A DNA stretch of 64,000 nucleotides from an uncultured Chloroflexia bacterium (GCA_963780425.1 CAWABZ010000001.1:13084-77083), one strand, 5' to 3'; shown: positions 11,649 through 22,395, counted from the first letter of the stretch. Notes: generated by a model from the letters alone, not told the origin. Translations and numbers: made by a program.

Positions 11649-13154
11649 TGACCGAACACCGAGCGCATCCTCGAGATGCGCGGCATCGACAAGACCTTTC
11701 CGGGCGTCCACGCGCTCCGCGCCGTCGATCTCGACGTCCGGGTCGGTGAGATCCTCGGCCTCGTCGGCGAGAACGGCGCCGGCAAGTCGACGCTCGTCAA
11801 GATCCTGGCCGGTGCCTACGGGCGCGACGCTGGCGAGATCCTGATCGCCGGTGAGGCGGTCGAGGCGTCGAGCCCGAACGAGATGATCGGGCGGGGGATC
11901 GCGGTCATCTACCAGGAACCATCACTGGCGCCGCACCTGTCGGTCGCCGAGAACATCTTCATGGGCCGCCTGCCGACGCGCCGGTTCGGCATCGTCGACC
12001 GTCGCAAGCTGGTCGAGGACACCGCGGTCGTCGCCGAGCGGCTCGGCCTCGACATCGACCCGCGGAGCGCGAGTCGGGACGCTGAGCGTCGCCCGGCGCC
12101 AGATGGTCGAGATCGCCAAGGCGCTGTCGCGCGACGCGCGCCTGATCGTGCTCGACGAGCCGTCCGCTGTCCTTGCGGATGCCGAGCTGGACGGACTCGT
12201 GCGGGTCATGCACCGCCTCGCCGAGAAGGGCGTGGCGTTCATCTACATCTCGCACCGACTCAATGAGGTCTTCCGCATCACCGACCGCGTGACGGTGATG
12301 AAGGACGGCCGGGTCGTCGCGACCGAGCGCACCGCCGACATGACCCCCGATCGGCTCGTGCGCCTGATGGTCGGGCGCGACCTGGGCCAGATCTACGGGG
12401 AGCGGCACGGCGGGGCCGCGGGCGACGTGGCGCTCGAGGTCCGCGGTCTGACCCGCGTGGGCGTCTTCGACGATGTCGACGTTCGTGGCACGAGCCGGGG
12501 AGATCGTCGGGATCGCCGGGCTGGCCGGCTCCGGCCGGACCGAGGTGCTGCGCGCGATCCACGGCGCCGACCCGATCGATGCGGGCACGATCGAGATCTT
12601 CGGGCAGCCGGTCACGATCCGGTCGCCGCGCGACGCGATCGCGCTCGGGATCGGGCTGCTGACCGAGGACCGCAAGGCCGACGGACTCCTGCTGCTGCAG
12701 GCAGTCGGCACGAACGTGACGATCTCGCGGATGGACGAGGTCGCGCCGTCGGGCGTGATCCGCACCGACCGCGAACGACGGGTCGTCGCCGGTTACATCG
12801 ACCGGTTGTCGATCCGGACCCCGAGCGGCCGCACCCGGGTCCGGAACCTGTCCGGCGGCAACCAGCAGAAGGTCATCTTCGCGAAGTGGCTCAACGCCCG
12901 GTGCAGGATCCTGCTCATCGACGAGCCGACGCGTGGCGTCGACGTCGGGGCAAAGCGCGAGATCTACGCGCTGCTGCGGGACCTCGCGGCGCGCGGCACC
13001 GCGATCGTCATGGTCTCGTCGGAGCTGCCCGAGGTGATCGGCATCAGCGACCGGATCGTGGTGATGCGCGAGGGCCGCATCGCGGTGACGCTCGACGCGG
13101 CCGAGGCCACCGAGGAGACGGATCATGTCCTACGCGACCCGGGTCGCGGCATGA
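11649..13154 (+). CDS. Sugar ABC transporter ATP-binding protein, RbsA-like (frameshifts)
   Basis: GENGAGKST Walker A, MVEIAKAL..LDEP, second domain LSGGNQQKV and IDEPTRGVDVGAK. Confidence 0.88.
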
Positions 13155-14198
13155 CAGAACGGCTTCACGACCGTCTATGGCCGGAACCTCGTCGCCGAGC
13201 TGCCGGCGTTCGTCCATCGGCCGTATCTCGTGGTCACGATGGACGACCTGTGGCCGACGTTCCGGCCGCAGCTCGACGGTCCTCACCTCGCCGGCGTGCA
13301 CACCGTCCGGACGCTGGAGCTCGACGAGCTCGAGGCCGGGCTGGACGCGCTGCCTGCCTGCGCGAGCGTGATCGGGCTCGGCGGCGGCCAGGCCGTCGAC
13401 GTCGCCAAGTTCGTGGCGTGGCGGCGGAACATCCCGCTGTTCCAGGTGCCGACCGCGATGACCGTCAACGCGCCGTTCGGGCACCGCGCCGGGCTGCGCG
13501 TGGATGGACTGGTGCGCTATCTCGGGTACGCGATCCCGGAGGCGGTCTACGTCGACTTCGACGTGATCGCGAGCGCGCCGGCGAGGCTCAACCGCGCGGG
13601 AGTCGGGGACATCCTCTGCTATCACACCGCGCACCTCGACTGGCGGCTGACCCGTGATCGAGGCCGCGAGGAGCCCCAGTGGCCATACGACGAGCGGCTG
13701 GTCGCCGAGGCGCGCGAGCGGCTCGACTCGGTCCTGGGCGCGCTCGACGACATCCATGACGTCACGGACACCGGGATCCGGACGCTCATGGACGCGCACC
13801 GCTGGGGAGGCGACACCTTCCACGCGGCGGGCTGGAACCCCCGCCACATCGAAGGGGTCGAGCATTTCTTCTTCTACAACCTGGAGAAGCGAACCGGCCG
13901 CCACTTCATCCACGGCCAGCCGGTCGGGCTGGGGATCGTGCTGGGATCCGTGATGCACGGCAGCGGCGCCGACGAGATGGTCGCGGCCCTGGCGCGCGCG
14001 GGCGTCGACATCCGGCCGGAGGCGATGGGCGTCACGTGGGCCGACGCCGAGGCCGCGATGCGCACGCTCGGGACGTTCGTCCGCGAAGCCGGCCTGTGGC
14101 ACTCGGTCGCCGACGAGCGGGTCGTGGACGACAGCATCGTCGACGAGGTGCGCGAACGGCTGCTCGGCGCCTACGGCGCCTGGGAGGATGCGCCGTGA
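13151..14198 (+). CDS. Glycerol-1-phosphate dehydrogenase-like (EgsA/AraM) metal-dependent dehydrogenase (frameshift near start)
   Basis: GGGQAVDVAK, PTAMT, NRAGVGDIL..TAHLDW, EHFF, HGQPVGLG match the DHQ synthase-like/G1PDH pattern. Confidence 0.7.
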
Positions 14199-15088
14199 AG
14201 GTCGGCATCACCCTCCCGCAGGGCTGCGACCGCGAGTATCTCGGCCTCGATGGGCCGACGGCCTGGGCGAGGACGGTCGATGCGGCTCGCCAGGCCGAGG
14301 CCCTGGGCTTCGAGTCACTGTGGCTGTATGACCACTTCCAGGTCGACCCGCCCCTGATCGACGCTCCCGTCTTCGAGCCATTCGTCGAGCTGACCGGGAT
14401 CGCGATGGCGACGTCGCGTGCTCGGCTCGGCCACCTCGTGCTCGCCGCCGCGTATCGGCCGGCAGGGCTGACGGCCAAGATGATCTCGACCCTCGACGTG
14501 ATCGCCGGCGGTCGGGCCGAGCTCGGCATCGGGGCGGGCTGGAAGGAAGACGAGTGGCGGGCCTACGGGTACGGCTTCCCGGACGCGCCGGAGCGGCTAG
14601 CGATCCTGTCCGACCACCTCGAGGTCATCAGCCGGATGCTGGCTCCGGGCCACGCGACGTTCGTGGGGCGCCACGCCCGCGTGGAGGACGCGCTCCACGA
14701 GCCAACCTCGGCCGGCGGCCGGATACCGGTCCTCATCGGCGGCAACGGCCCGAAGGTGACGTGGCGCCTCGCCGCCCGTTTCGCCGACGAGCTCAACCTG
14801 GACGCGCTGATGCCCGACGAGGTGGACAAGGCGTTGCCGGTCATCGCTTCGCGCTGCGAGGAGATCGGACGGGACCCGTCCACCCTGCGCGTGTCGGTCC
14901 ACGTGTGGGGCCGGCCCGATGCACCGGCGGGCGCGCCTCGTCGGGAGCGGCTCCGCGCGTACCGTGACGCTGGGGTAGCGCGAGTGATGCTCCAGGGCTT
15001 CGGGGCGGTCTCGGATCCGGGTCTGCTCGACGGGATCGCCGACGACTGCGCCGCGGTCGGTCTGCTGGAGGGTGGCGGGCCGGCGTAG
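14195..15088 (+). CDS. LLM-class (luciferase-like, probably F420-dependent) oxidoreductase
   Basis: WLYDHF, ISTLDVIAGGRAELGIGAGW, LIGGNG. Confidence 0.85.
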   Translation: MKVGITLPQGCDREYLGLDGPTAWARTVDAARQAEALGFESLWLYDHFQVDPPLIDAPVFEPFVELTGIAMATSRARLGHLVLAAAYRPAGLTAKMISTLDVIAGGRAELGIGAGWKEDEWRAYGYGFPDAPERLAILSDHLEVISRMLAPGHATFVGRHARVEDALHEPTSAGGRIPVLIGGNGPKVTWRLAARFADELNLDALMPDEVDKALPVIASRCEEIGRDPSTLRVSVHVWGRPDAPAGAPRRERLRAYRDAGVARVMLQGFGAVSDPGLLDGIADDCAAVGLLEGGGPA

Positions 15089-15135
15089 GACTCTCGGCCC
15101 TCTCTGCACCTTCGGCGAGGGCCGTCCGTCGTGAA

Positions 15136-15247
15136 CGCCACTCACGGTGGCGCGAACGGCACAGCCGAAAGTGGACTCGCCGCCGAGGGTGCAGCGTGGG
15201 TGATGATCCACGAGGGGTTCGTCCCTGAGGCGCCACCACGAGTGGCG
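15136..15247 (+). ncRNA. Candidate structured RNA or inverted-repeat element upstream of the BBE oxidase
   Basis: 16-bp closing helix CGCCACTC+GGTGGCGC / GCGCCACC+GAGTGGCG enclosing four hairpins, one with a UUCG loop. Confidence 0.45.
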
Positions 15248-15415
15248 CAGCTCGGTTTGCCGCCTGAAGCCGCATCGTCATCCGTCGCATCCGGGTCGTC
15301 ATCCGTGGGCGCCAGCGCGCCGACTCGTGCCCGCAGCGTCCCCCACCGTGGGGCTCGACCATCGCCGCACACCCCCAGACACCGGCGCCCCTCCACCCGA
15401 AAGGAAGACCCCACG

Positions 15416-16822
15416 ATGGCCCTTGCCCGCATCCCCGCCTACGACTCCTTCGGCCCGCACGACCTGACGGCGTTCGCCGCCGGGATCAGCGGCACGGTCA
15501 TCCGTCCCGACGACGAGGGCTACGAGCTGGCCCGCCAGGTCCACCACGCGAACACCGACCTGCGCCCGATCTGCATCGTCCAGGCAGCGTCGGCGGCGGA
15601 TGTCGCACGGACCATCGTGTTCGCCCGCGAGACGGGTCTCGAGCTCGCGGTCCGTGGTGGGGCGCACAGCATCGCCGGCTACGGCACGAGCGAGGGCGGC
15701 ATCGTGCTCGACCTCGGCACGATGAAGGGCCTCCACATCGACCCGGCCCGGCGGCTTGCCTGGGCTCAGGCCGGCCTGCGCGCCGGCGAGTACACCGCGG
15801 CCGCCGCGGAGCACGGCCTCGCGACGCCGTTCGGTGACACGGGCAGCGTCGGGATCGCCGGCCTGACCCTCGGGGGCGGGATCGGCTGGCTCGTCCGCAA
15901 GTACGGCCTGGCGATCGACGCGCTCGTGTCGGTCGAGATGGTGCTGGCCGACGGCCGCATCGTCGTCGCCAGCGAGACCGAGCACCCCGACCTGTTCTGG
16001 GCGGTCCGTGGTGGCGGCGGCAACTTCGGGGTCGTCACCCGGTTCCAGTTCCGCCTGTACCCGGTCTCGACGATCCTCGGCGGAGCCCTGTTCATGCCGC
16101 CGACCCGCGAGGTTCTGCGCGGCCTCGAGTCGGTCGCCGCCGCGGCGCCCGAGAGCCTCTCGACGATCTCGTTCCTGATGCCCGCCCCGCCCGCGCCGTT
16201 CATCCCCGAGGCGATCCACGGGCAGCCGACCCTCGCGATCATGTTCGTCTACGACGGCGACGCCGAGTCCGGTCAGGCCGCCCTCGAGCCGTTCCGACAG
16301 CTCGCGACACCGATGGCCGAGCTCGTCATGCCGATGCCTTACGTGGGCATCTACGAGATGCTCAAGGACGCCGAGCAGCGCAGCCCCGCCTCGCATCGGT
16401 CGCTGTTCCTCGAGACGCTCGACGACGCCGCGATCGACACGATCCTCGAGCGGATGGCGGCACCGAGCTCGCCGGTCGCGATGACCCAGATCCGGATCCT
16501 GGGCGGCGCGATGGCGCGGGTCGGTGCCGAGGAAACGGCGTTCGCCCACCGCGACGCCCCGGTGATGGTCGTGATCGTCACGCCCTTCGAGGACATGGCC
16601 GAGGCTCCTGTCCACGCCGCCTGGACCCAGGCGTACTACGAGGCGCTCCGGCCACGGGCGACCGGCGTGTACTCCAACTTCCTCGAGGCCGAGGGTGAGG
16701 ATCGGATCCACGAGGCGTATCCCGAGGCGACGTATCGACGGCTGGCTGACATCAAGCGCCGCTACGACCCGTCCAACCTCTTCCGCCGCAACCAGAACAT
16801 CGCGCCCGCGACCGCGCGGTAA
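15416..16822 (+). CDS. FAD-linked oxidase, berberine-bridge-enzyme/VAO family
   Basis: RGGAHS covalent-His motif, GSVGIAGLTLGGG, LFWAVRGGGGNFGVVT, KRRYDPSNLF BBE motif; AAGGA RBS. Confidence 0.9.
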   Translation: MALARIPAYDSFGPHDLTAFAAGISGTVIRPDDEGYELARQVHHANTDLRPICIVQAASAADVARTIVFARETGLELAVRGGAHSIAGYGTSEGGIVLDLGTMKGLHIDPARRLAWAQAGLRAGEYTAAAAEHGLATPFGDTGSVGIAGLTLGGGIGWLVRKYGLAIDALVSVEMVLADGRIVVASETEHPDLFWAVRGGGGNFGVVTRFQFRLYPVSTILGGALFMPPTREVLRGLESVAAAAPESLSTISFLMPAPPAPFIPEAIHGQPTLAIMFVYDGDAESGQAALEPFRQLATPMAELVMPMPYVGIYEMLKDAEQRSPASHRSLFLETLDDAAIDTILERMAAPSSPVAMTQIRILGGAMARVGAEETAFAHRDAPVMVVIVTPFEDMAEAPVHAAWTQAYYEALRPRATGVYSNFLEAEGEDRIHEAYPEATYRRLADIKRRYDPSNLFRRNQNIAPATAR

Positions 16823-16846
16823 GTCTCGACGACGCGATCCCGCGCG

Positions 16847-17191
16847 CTATTTGGCCGGCAGCGTCTTGCCGTGGTCGATGGCGCGCCGGATCCAGTCGTC
16901 GAGCTGCCCGTCGTCGTCCACGACGTCAGTCGGCAGCGTGGCGTAGCCCTTCATCGGCTTGCCGGGCATGGGCTCGAACGGGCCGGCACCGGGCAGCGCC
17001 AGGAGTGCCGTTCGGTCGTCGTCGCCGAGGCGGATCATCCACGACCGGGCGAACAGGCCGGTCACGAGATTGCCGCCGACGAACAGCGCCGGATAGCCGA
17101 ACATCTTGCGTCGGACAGCCTCGGGGAATCGCTCCGCGGCTGCGTCGAAACGTTCCACGAGCTCGGGTGGTGACTTCTCGAATGTCGGCAT
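16847..17191 (-). CDS. TfoX/Sxy N-terminal domain protein
   Basis: RKMFGYPALFVGG, FEPMPGKPMKGY. Confidence 0.85.
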   Translation of the reverse strand: MPTFEKSPPELVERFDAAAERFPEAVRRKMFGYPALFVGGNLVTGLFARSWMIRLGDDDRTALLALPGAGPFEPMPGKPMKGYATLPTDVVDDDGQLDDWIRRAIDHGKTLPAK

Positions 17192-17224
17192 GCGGGCGAC
17201 CTCCAGGCGACGAGCAGCGTAGCG

Positions 17225-18137
17225 TCAGATGCCCTCGATGCGGCGCGGCGCGAGGCGCGGACCGTAGCGCGGCGCGCGCACCCCGCTGAGCTCCAGCAGA
17301 CGGACCACCAGCGCGCGCCGTCCCCGGTACGGCTCGAGGAGCTCAAGCATCCGCGTATCGGTCGCGCGCGGCTCACCGGCCAGAGCGAACGCGACGAGAT
17401 GTGGCAGATGGAAGTCGCCGACGCTCACCGCGTCCACGTCGCCGAGGGCTCGGACACCGACCTCCGCCGCGGTCCACGGTCCGATGCCTGGCACGGCCTG
17501 GAGACGCCGATATGCATCGGCGAACGGCATGTCGACGATCGCCTCGAACGTCGACGCGCGCCGCGGCGATCGCCCGGATGAGGTCGGCCCGACGACGCTC
17601 GACCCCGAGCGTGTGGTACGACCAGTAGGGCAGCGCCGCGAGCGTCGCCGGTGCGGGCAGCACCCGCAGGCCGAGCTCCGCTGGACCTGGCGCCGGCTCG
17701 CCGTACCGCCGAACCAGGCCGTGCCAGGCGCGATGGGCCTCGGTGCCGGTCACCTTCTGTTCGAGGATCGCCGCGACAAGCGATGGGAAGACCGCCCGCG
17801 TGCGCAGGATCCGGACGCCCGGGCGGCGGCGCGATAGCCCGGCGATGAGCGGGTCCGCCGTGTCACCGAGGGTCTCTGTCCCGGCGCTGAAGAGCCCCGG
17901 GACCGCCTCGAGGGCCCGATCCGCGCCGGGGCCCCACCCGTCAGCCGTCAACCGCCGCCCGGCGATGGTCAGGCCAAGCGTGGCGACGCCGTCCCGGGTC
18001 CTGGAGGCGATCCAGGCCCTCCCCGAGGCGAGGCGGATCGTCCGGTCACCGCGTCCGCGCACGAGCGGGCCGAGCGACGCCGCCAGGTCGAGTGGGCCAT
18101 CCAGGGCGAGTTCCAGGCGGGCATCGGGCAGCGGCAC
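17225..18137 (-). CDS. AlkA/HhH-GPD family DNA-3-methyladenine glycosylase-like protein (frameshift near 17545)
   Basis: AILEQKVTG, HhH LQAVPGIGPWTA, GDVDAVSVGDFHL. Confidence 0.85.
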
Positions 18138-18223
18138 ACGCCGAGTCTGTCATGGATCCGATAGGGTCGCGAGGCGGTGCGCGCAGGCCACGAAATGCCA
18201 TTCGATGGTACCGTCGGCTAGAC

Positions 18224-18832
18224 GTGCGACGCCCCAGGGTGGTCGCGAACATGGCGCTCATCGCCATGGTCGCCTCGGTCGCCGTCCCCGGATCGGTGGG
18301 TTCCTGGCTCTCCAAGCCGAATGGAACCCCCTCCGTCGATCACTTCGCGGACGCGGTGGAGATGGTCGCGGCTGTCCGTGGGCCGGTGTCGACCCCCTTG
18401 CCCCTCGATCCGGGGGCCCGATCGGACGGGAACCTGGATCAAGGCTCGAAGCTGTTCGAGCCGAACATCGCGAATGAGCCACCCCAGGCTCGGCCGGAGG
18501 CTGCCCAGCCCGACGCCCGGCCCGTCGTCGTGGCCAAGCCACGCTGGCGCCTCGACCGCAACGTGTCGTGGTATGGCCCTGGCTTCTACGGCAAGCGGAC
18601 GGCGTGTGGCCTCGAGATGACGAAGACGCTCGTCGGCGTCGCTCATCGCACCCTGCCGTGCGGCACGAAGGTCACCTTCAAGAACCCGGCCAACGGCCGG
18701 ACCGTGACCGCACCTGTGGTCGACCGTGGACCGTACATCAGCGGACGGCAATGGGACCTGACCGGCGGCTTGTGCACGCGCCTCGATCATTGCCAGACGG
18801 GTTCGCTGTACTGGCGGCTCACCAGCCCCTGA
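18224..18832 (+). CDS. RlpA/DPBB-domain lytic transglycosylase-like secreted protein
   Basis: Signal-like N-terminus; SWYGPGFYG..TACG, AHRTLPCGT, VVDRGPY; start uncertain. Confidence 0.8.
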   Translation: MRRPRVVANMALIAMVASVAVPGSVGSWLSKPNGTPSVDHFADAVEMVAAVRGPVSTPLPLDPGARSDGNLDQGSKLFEPNIANEPPQARPEAAQPDARPVVVAKPRWRLDRNVSWYGPGFYGKRTACGLEMTKTLVGVAHRTLPCGTKVTFKNPANGRTVTAPVVDRGPYISGRQWDLTGGLCTRLDHCQTGSLYWRLTSP

Positions 18833-18929
18833 TCGCAGTCCCCGCGACCCGGATCCGCGCGCGTTCGAGCAGGGACTGGCGCGCCAGCGTCGCGCGGTTC
18901 AGCTCGCGGAGCGAGCGGGTCCGTTGTCG

Positions 18930-18978
18930 GCCACCGCCCGAGGATAGCCGCCGGAACGGCTACCCCTGGGCGGGTGGC
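18930..18978. terminator. Long hairpin between convergent genes
   Basis: GCCACCGCCC..TAGCCG / CGGCTA..GGGCGGGTGGC imperfect stem of about 20 bp. Confidence 0.45.
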
Positions 18979-18987
18979 TGACTCACG

Positions 18988-21348
18988 TCAGCGAAGGACG
19001 AAGATCTGGTCGAGCACGACGCCCGGGTGACCGGACGTTCCGACCACCACGATGCGGATCGTGTGGTTCCCGATCGCCGACCAGGACCGCACGAAGACCA
19101 TCTTGCGATCGGTCACCGTGGCGGCGTTGAGGTTGACTGTCTTGACCAGCGAGCCGTCGATGTAGACGCGGGCCGACCCGTACGTCGGGCCGGTGCGGCT
19201 GAGCCAGGCGAGGCGGTTGCCGTTGAAGGCGAGCGTCGCCGATCGGCCGGCCACGCTGCCGACCCGAGCCTTGCCGCCGACGTACACCGGCGACGTGGAC
19301 AGACCCCACGTGGCGCTGTACTTCACGGCGGTGCTCGATTCGCTGTAGCTGATGGTCCTGAACGTCGGGCCGGTCCGGAAGGCGCTGTAGTTCACGCCGT
19401 CGAAGGCCCGGACCCGGAACTGGTAGTTGTGCGCCGAGTTGCTCAGATCGATCGACCAGCCGGTGGCAGTCGTGGTGCCGACGTCCTGGTACAACCCGCC
19501 ATCGATCCTGTACTGCAGGTGATAGCTGGGCGGGCCCGCGTTGTCGGTGCTGGCCGCCCAGGTGATCCGCACGGGGACCCCGAACCGGCCCGATCCGAAG
19601 AGCGTGTGAGCCGGCACGCCGGGCGTGCTCGGTGCGACGGGGTCGCTCGTGTCGACGGTGATCGTGTCATTCGCGACGCTCGACCAGTTGCCGGCGGCGT
19701 CGCGCCACTGGACGTAGACGGTCTTGACGCCGTCACCGGCGGTCAGGGTCCACGCGATCGGCGTGGTGTACACGAAGGTCGAGCTGCTGCTCATGTCGGA
19801 GTTGTTCGACAGCTTGACGAGGCTGACACCACTCCCGGCGTCGGTCGCGGGGACCGCGACCGTGGCAGCCTGGCTGCTCGCCGTCGCCGCGCCGCCGTTG
19901 ATCGAGACCGTGCCGGTCGGCGCGGTGCCGTCGGAGGCCGGGATGTCCATGACGTTGTGGAGATAGACCTTGGCGTTGCCACCGGCCGACGACGTCAGGT
20001 TGTTGGCGATCACCGCGATGCCGCTGGTGGACGTCACCGTCTGCTTCGTCGTGGACGGGTCGTCGATCAGCGTCTCGGTGGCGCTCTTGATGAACGGGGT
20101 GCCGCGCTGGATGGTCTGGTCCGCAGCCCCGCGGAACTTGAAGGCTTCGGGGCCCGTGAGCGGGGCGGACTTCGTGTAGACCGTCCCACCGCCGTTGGGC
20201 GAGGTCATGAACAGGTACGCGACATCGAGCTGCTCGCTGATCGCGATCTGGGGTCGGGTGTTGCAGTCGCCGACGGTCCCGGCGAGGTGCGCCGACCAGG
20301 CGCCGGCAGCGGTTCGCTGGAAGAACTCGACCAGCGGGTGCTGCTTGCCGGTCGCGCAGGCCACGGTGTCGCGGCCGGTCTTGCCGACCATGTAGACACG
20401 GCCGTCGCTGGTCTTCTTGAGGTTGATGTGGTTGTCGGCGATCTGGGTGTTGCCAACCTGGTTCAGGGTCGGCAGCTCCTCGAGCGACCAGCTCCCCGCC
20501 AGCGTCGGATCGGCCACGCCGGCATCCGCCACCGCGAAGTAGAAGCCGTTGTCGGCGCCCAGAGTCGCGCCGGAATCGTCCTGGTCGCTCCAGGCGACGC
20601 CGATCTTGGTGCCGAACGAGATGACGCTCGCGATATCGCTATCGACCAGGCCGTCCGAGTTGATCGGGTTGCCCGTTTGCGCGGGGAGTTGCGCAGGGGC
20701 GGTCCAGTTGACGCCGTCATCGTCGGAATAGCTGTACATGACGGCCGTGCCCTTGGCCCAGACGACCCACAGGCGATCGCTCGAGTCCTTCTCGATCGTC
20801 ACGGAATACGCACCGCCGCGGAATGCCGGCGAGGCTGTGCTCGCCGTCCCGGCGATCGACTTGATGCCGCCGACCTGGGTGTACGCCCCAGCCGCATACG
20901 TGTACTTGAAGAACCGGATGTCGTCCGGGGTGGCCGGCACCGCGAACGGAGCCGAGACGTTGACGGGTGGTACGGAGGCGACGTACAGGGTGCTCGCGCC
21001 CTGGTCCCAGAGGTAGTCGGCGTGCGAGGTGTCGCGACCATCGACGACGGTGGTCGTGGCCGTCCAGCCGGTCTTGTCCGCCGTGAGCTTGAAGATGCGG
21101 TAGTCCGAGATGGACGGGGAGACGCTGTACCGGAACATGCCGGCCCACCAGCTGCCATCGGCGAACCAGGTCTTGGACTGCGGCTTGTCGCTCGACGGGC
21201 GGAAGGCGCCGCCGCCGTAGGCGTGGTCGCGATAGCCCTCTGTGACCGGCGTCCCCGCGAGGACTGAGCCGGACGCGAGAATGGCAGCCAGGCCGATGGA
21301 CATGAGGACCGTCGCGAGGCGACGACCAGAGCGCAACGCGTGAGTCAT
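18988..21348 (-). CDS. Large secreted protein: predicted beta-propeller/BNR-like N-terminus, Ig/FN3-like domains and C-terminal beta-sandwich
   Basis: Signal peptide, KPQSKTWFADGSWW, S.D.G..W Asp-box (YSDDDGVNW), DGVKTVYVQWRDAAGNWS, FN3-like ITWAASTD..YQFRVRAFD. Confidence 0.75.
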   Translation of the reverse strand: MTHALRSGRRLATVLMSIGLAAILASGSVLAGTPVTEGYRDHAYGGGAFRPSSDKPQSKTWFADGSWWAGMFRYSVSPSISDYRIFKLTADKTGWTATTTVVDGRDTSHADYLWDQGASTLYVASVPPVNVSAPFAVPATPDDIRFFKYTYAAGAYTQVGGIKSIAGTASTASPAFRGGAYSVTIEKDSSDRLWVVWAKGTAVMYSYSDDDGVNWTAPAQLPAQTGNPINSDGLVDSDIASVISFGTKIGVAWSDQDDSGATLGADNGFYFAVADAGVADPTLAGSWSLEELPTLNQVGNTQIADNHINLKKTSDGRVYMVGKTGRDTVACATGKQHPLVEFFQRTAAGAWSAHLAGTVGDCNTRPQIAISEQLDVAYLFMTSPNGGGTVYTKSAPLTGPEAFKFRGAADQTIQRGTPFIKSATETLIDDPSTTKQTVTSTSGIAVIANNLTSSAGGNAKVYLHNVMDIPASDGTAPTGTVSINGGAATASSQAATVAVPATDAGSGVSLVKLSNNSDMSSSSTFVYTTPIAWTLTAGDGVKTVYVQWRDAAGNWSSVANDTITVDTSDPVAPSTPGVPAHTLFGSGRFGVPVRITWAASTDNAGPPSYHLQYRIDGGLYQDVGTTTATGWSIDLSNSAHNYQFRVRAFDGVNYSAFRTGPTFRTISYSESSTAVKYSATWGLSTSPVYVGGKARVGSVAGRSATLAFNGNRLAWLSRTGPTYGSARVYIDGSLVKTVNLNAATVTDRKMVFVRSWSAIGNHTIRIVVVGTSGHPGVVLDQIFVLR

Positions 21349-21429
21349 GGATCGAGGAACCCCCACAGATGATGGCGTGCTTCCCACACCCGGTAGGACT
21401 TTCGTCGCTATCGGCAACGGGCGACTGGG

Positions 21430-22389
21430 TTAGTCAGGATACGCGACTCGTCCAGAACGAGGGCCGGCCCCGACATCCTTTCCGGTGACCGACGGCAACG
21501 CGAAGCCCGCCCGTCGCGCGGCCTGCACCAGCTCCGCTGCGGCCGCGATCACGAGATCGGGGCGGTCGGCCTGGATGATGTGACCGGCACCCCAGGCGAT
21601 CTCGTACCGGACGTGTCCGGGCGACAGCGAGCCGTATCCCTGCTCCCACGCGCTGGCGATCGCCACGTTCGTCGGGCCGTCGAGACGCGGTTCCTCGCGC
21701 GCTGCGCGGAGCACGACGATCGGCAGTCCTGACACATCGGCGGCGCGAAGTTGGGCCTCGGATGTCGGCCAGTCGAGGTCCTCGACGCCGGCCACGAGAT
21801 CGCGCAGCTGCTGAGCGCGCTGCTCGTACTCGGGTCGAAAGTCGCCGAGGAGCGGGTGGATCCAGTCGACCTCCAGATCGACGCTGAAGCCATCGACGAG
21901 GACGAGACCGGCGACATCGGCTCGATGGCGATGCGCGAAGACGCGCGCGTACACCTCCCCGAGCGAATGCCCGATGACGATGAACGGCGGCGACTCCCCG
22001 GCGACCTCCAGGAGGTTGTGCAGGTCGTCGGTCGCGTCGGCGACCGTGTGCTGCCCGCGGGCGTCGCTCGACCCGCGACCGGCTCGGTCGTAGGCGCACG
22101 TGCGCGTGGTGGCCGCCATCCCGTCGTGCACGGGCGTCCAGCCTGCGACCCCGTCACCCATCCCGGCCTCGAGCACGATCGTCGGCGAGCCCGTGCCCCG
22201 ACAATCGAGGTACAGCGACCGCCCTCCGAGGTCGATGCGCTCACCCTGCCCGATGACGACGGGCGCGACGCGGTGACGCGCCAGCCACGCCCCTGGACCG
22301 CCGACGCGGGCGATATCGATCAGGAGTGCCAGGACCAGCCCGACCACCACCGCGAGCAGCAGACGCGACGGCTGGCGAAGGACGGCCAT
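21430..22389 (-). CDS. Alpha/beta hydrolase with N-terminal membrane anchor
   Basis: YDRAGRGSSD, GHSLG nucleophile elbow, AGHIIQADRP. Confidence 0.85.
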   Translation of the reverse strand: MAVLRQPSRLLLAVVVGLVLALLIDIARVGGPGAWLARHRVAPVVIGQGERIDLGGRSLYLDCRGTGSPTIVLEAGMGDGVAGWTPVHDGMAATTRTCAYDRAGRGSSDARGQHTVADATDDLHNLLEVAGESPPFIVIGHSLGEVYARVFAHRHRADVAGLVLVDGFSVDLEVDWIHPLLGDFRPEYEQRAQQLRDLVAGVEDLDWPTSEAQLRAADVSGLPIVVLRAAREEPRLDGPTNVAIASAWEQGYGSLSPGHVRYEIAWGAGHIIQADRPDLVIAAAAELVQAARRAGFALPSVTGKDVGAGPRSGRVAYPD

Positions 22390-22395
22390 GCGCCC

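Noticed and set aside
15154-15229. Hammerhead ribozyme, c-di-GMP-I or guanidine-II riboswitch
   Set aside because: UGAUGA and GAAA are present but the required stems and CUGAUGA core are not; the GEMM resemblance is only partial; there is only one ACGA-type hairpin, on the opposite strand.
15276-15304. ECF-sigma promoter built from repeated CGTCATCC words (also near 32969 and 39484)
   Set aside because: Spacing does not match a consensus I can support and orientation relative to genes is inconsistent.
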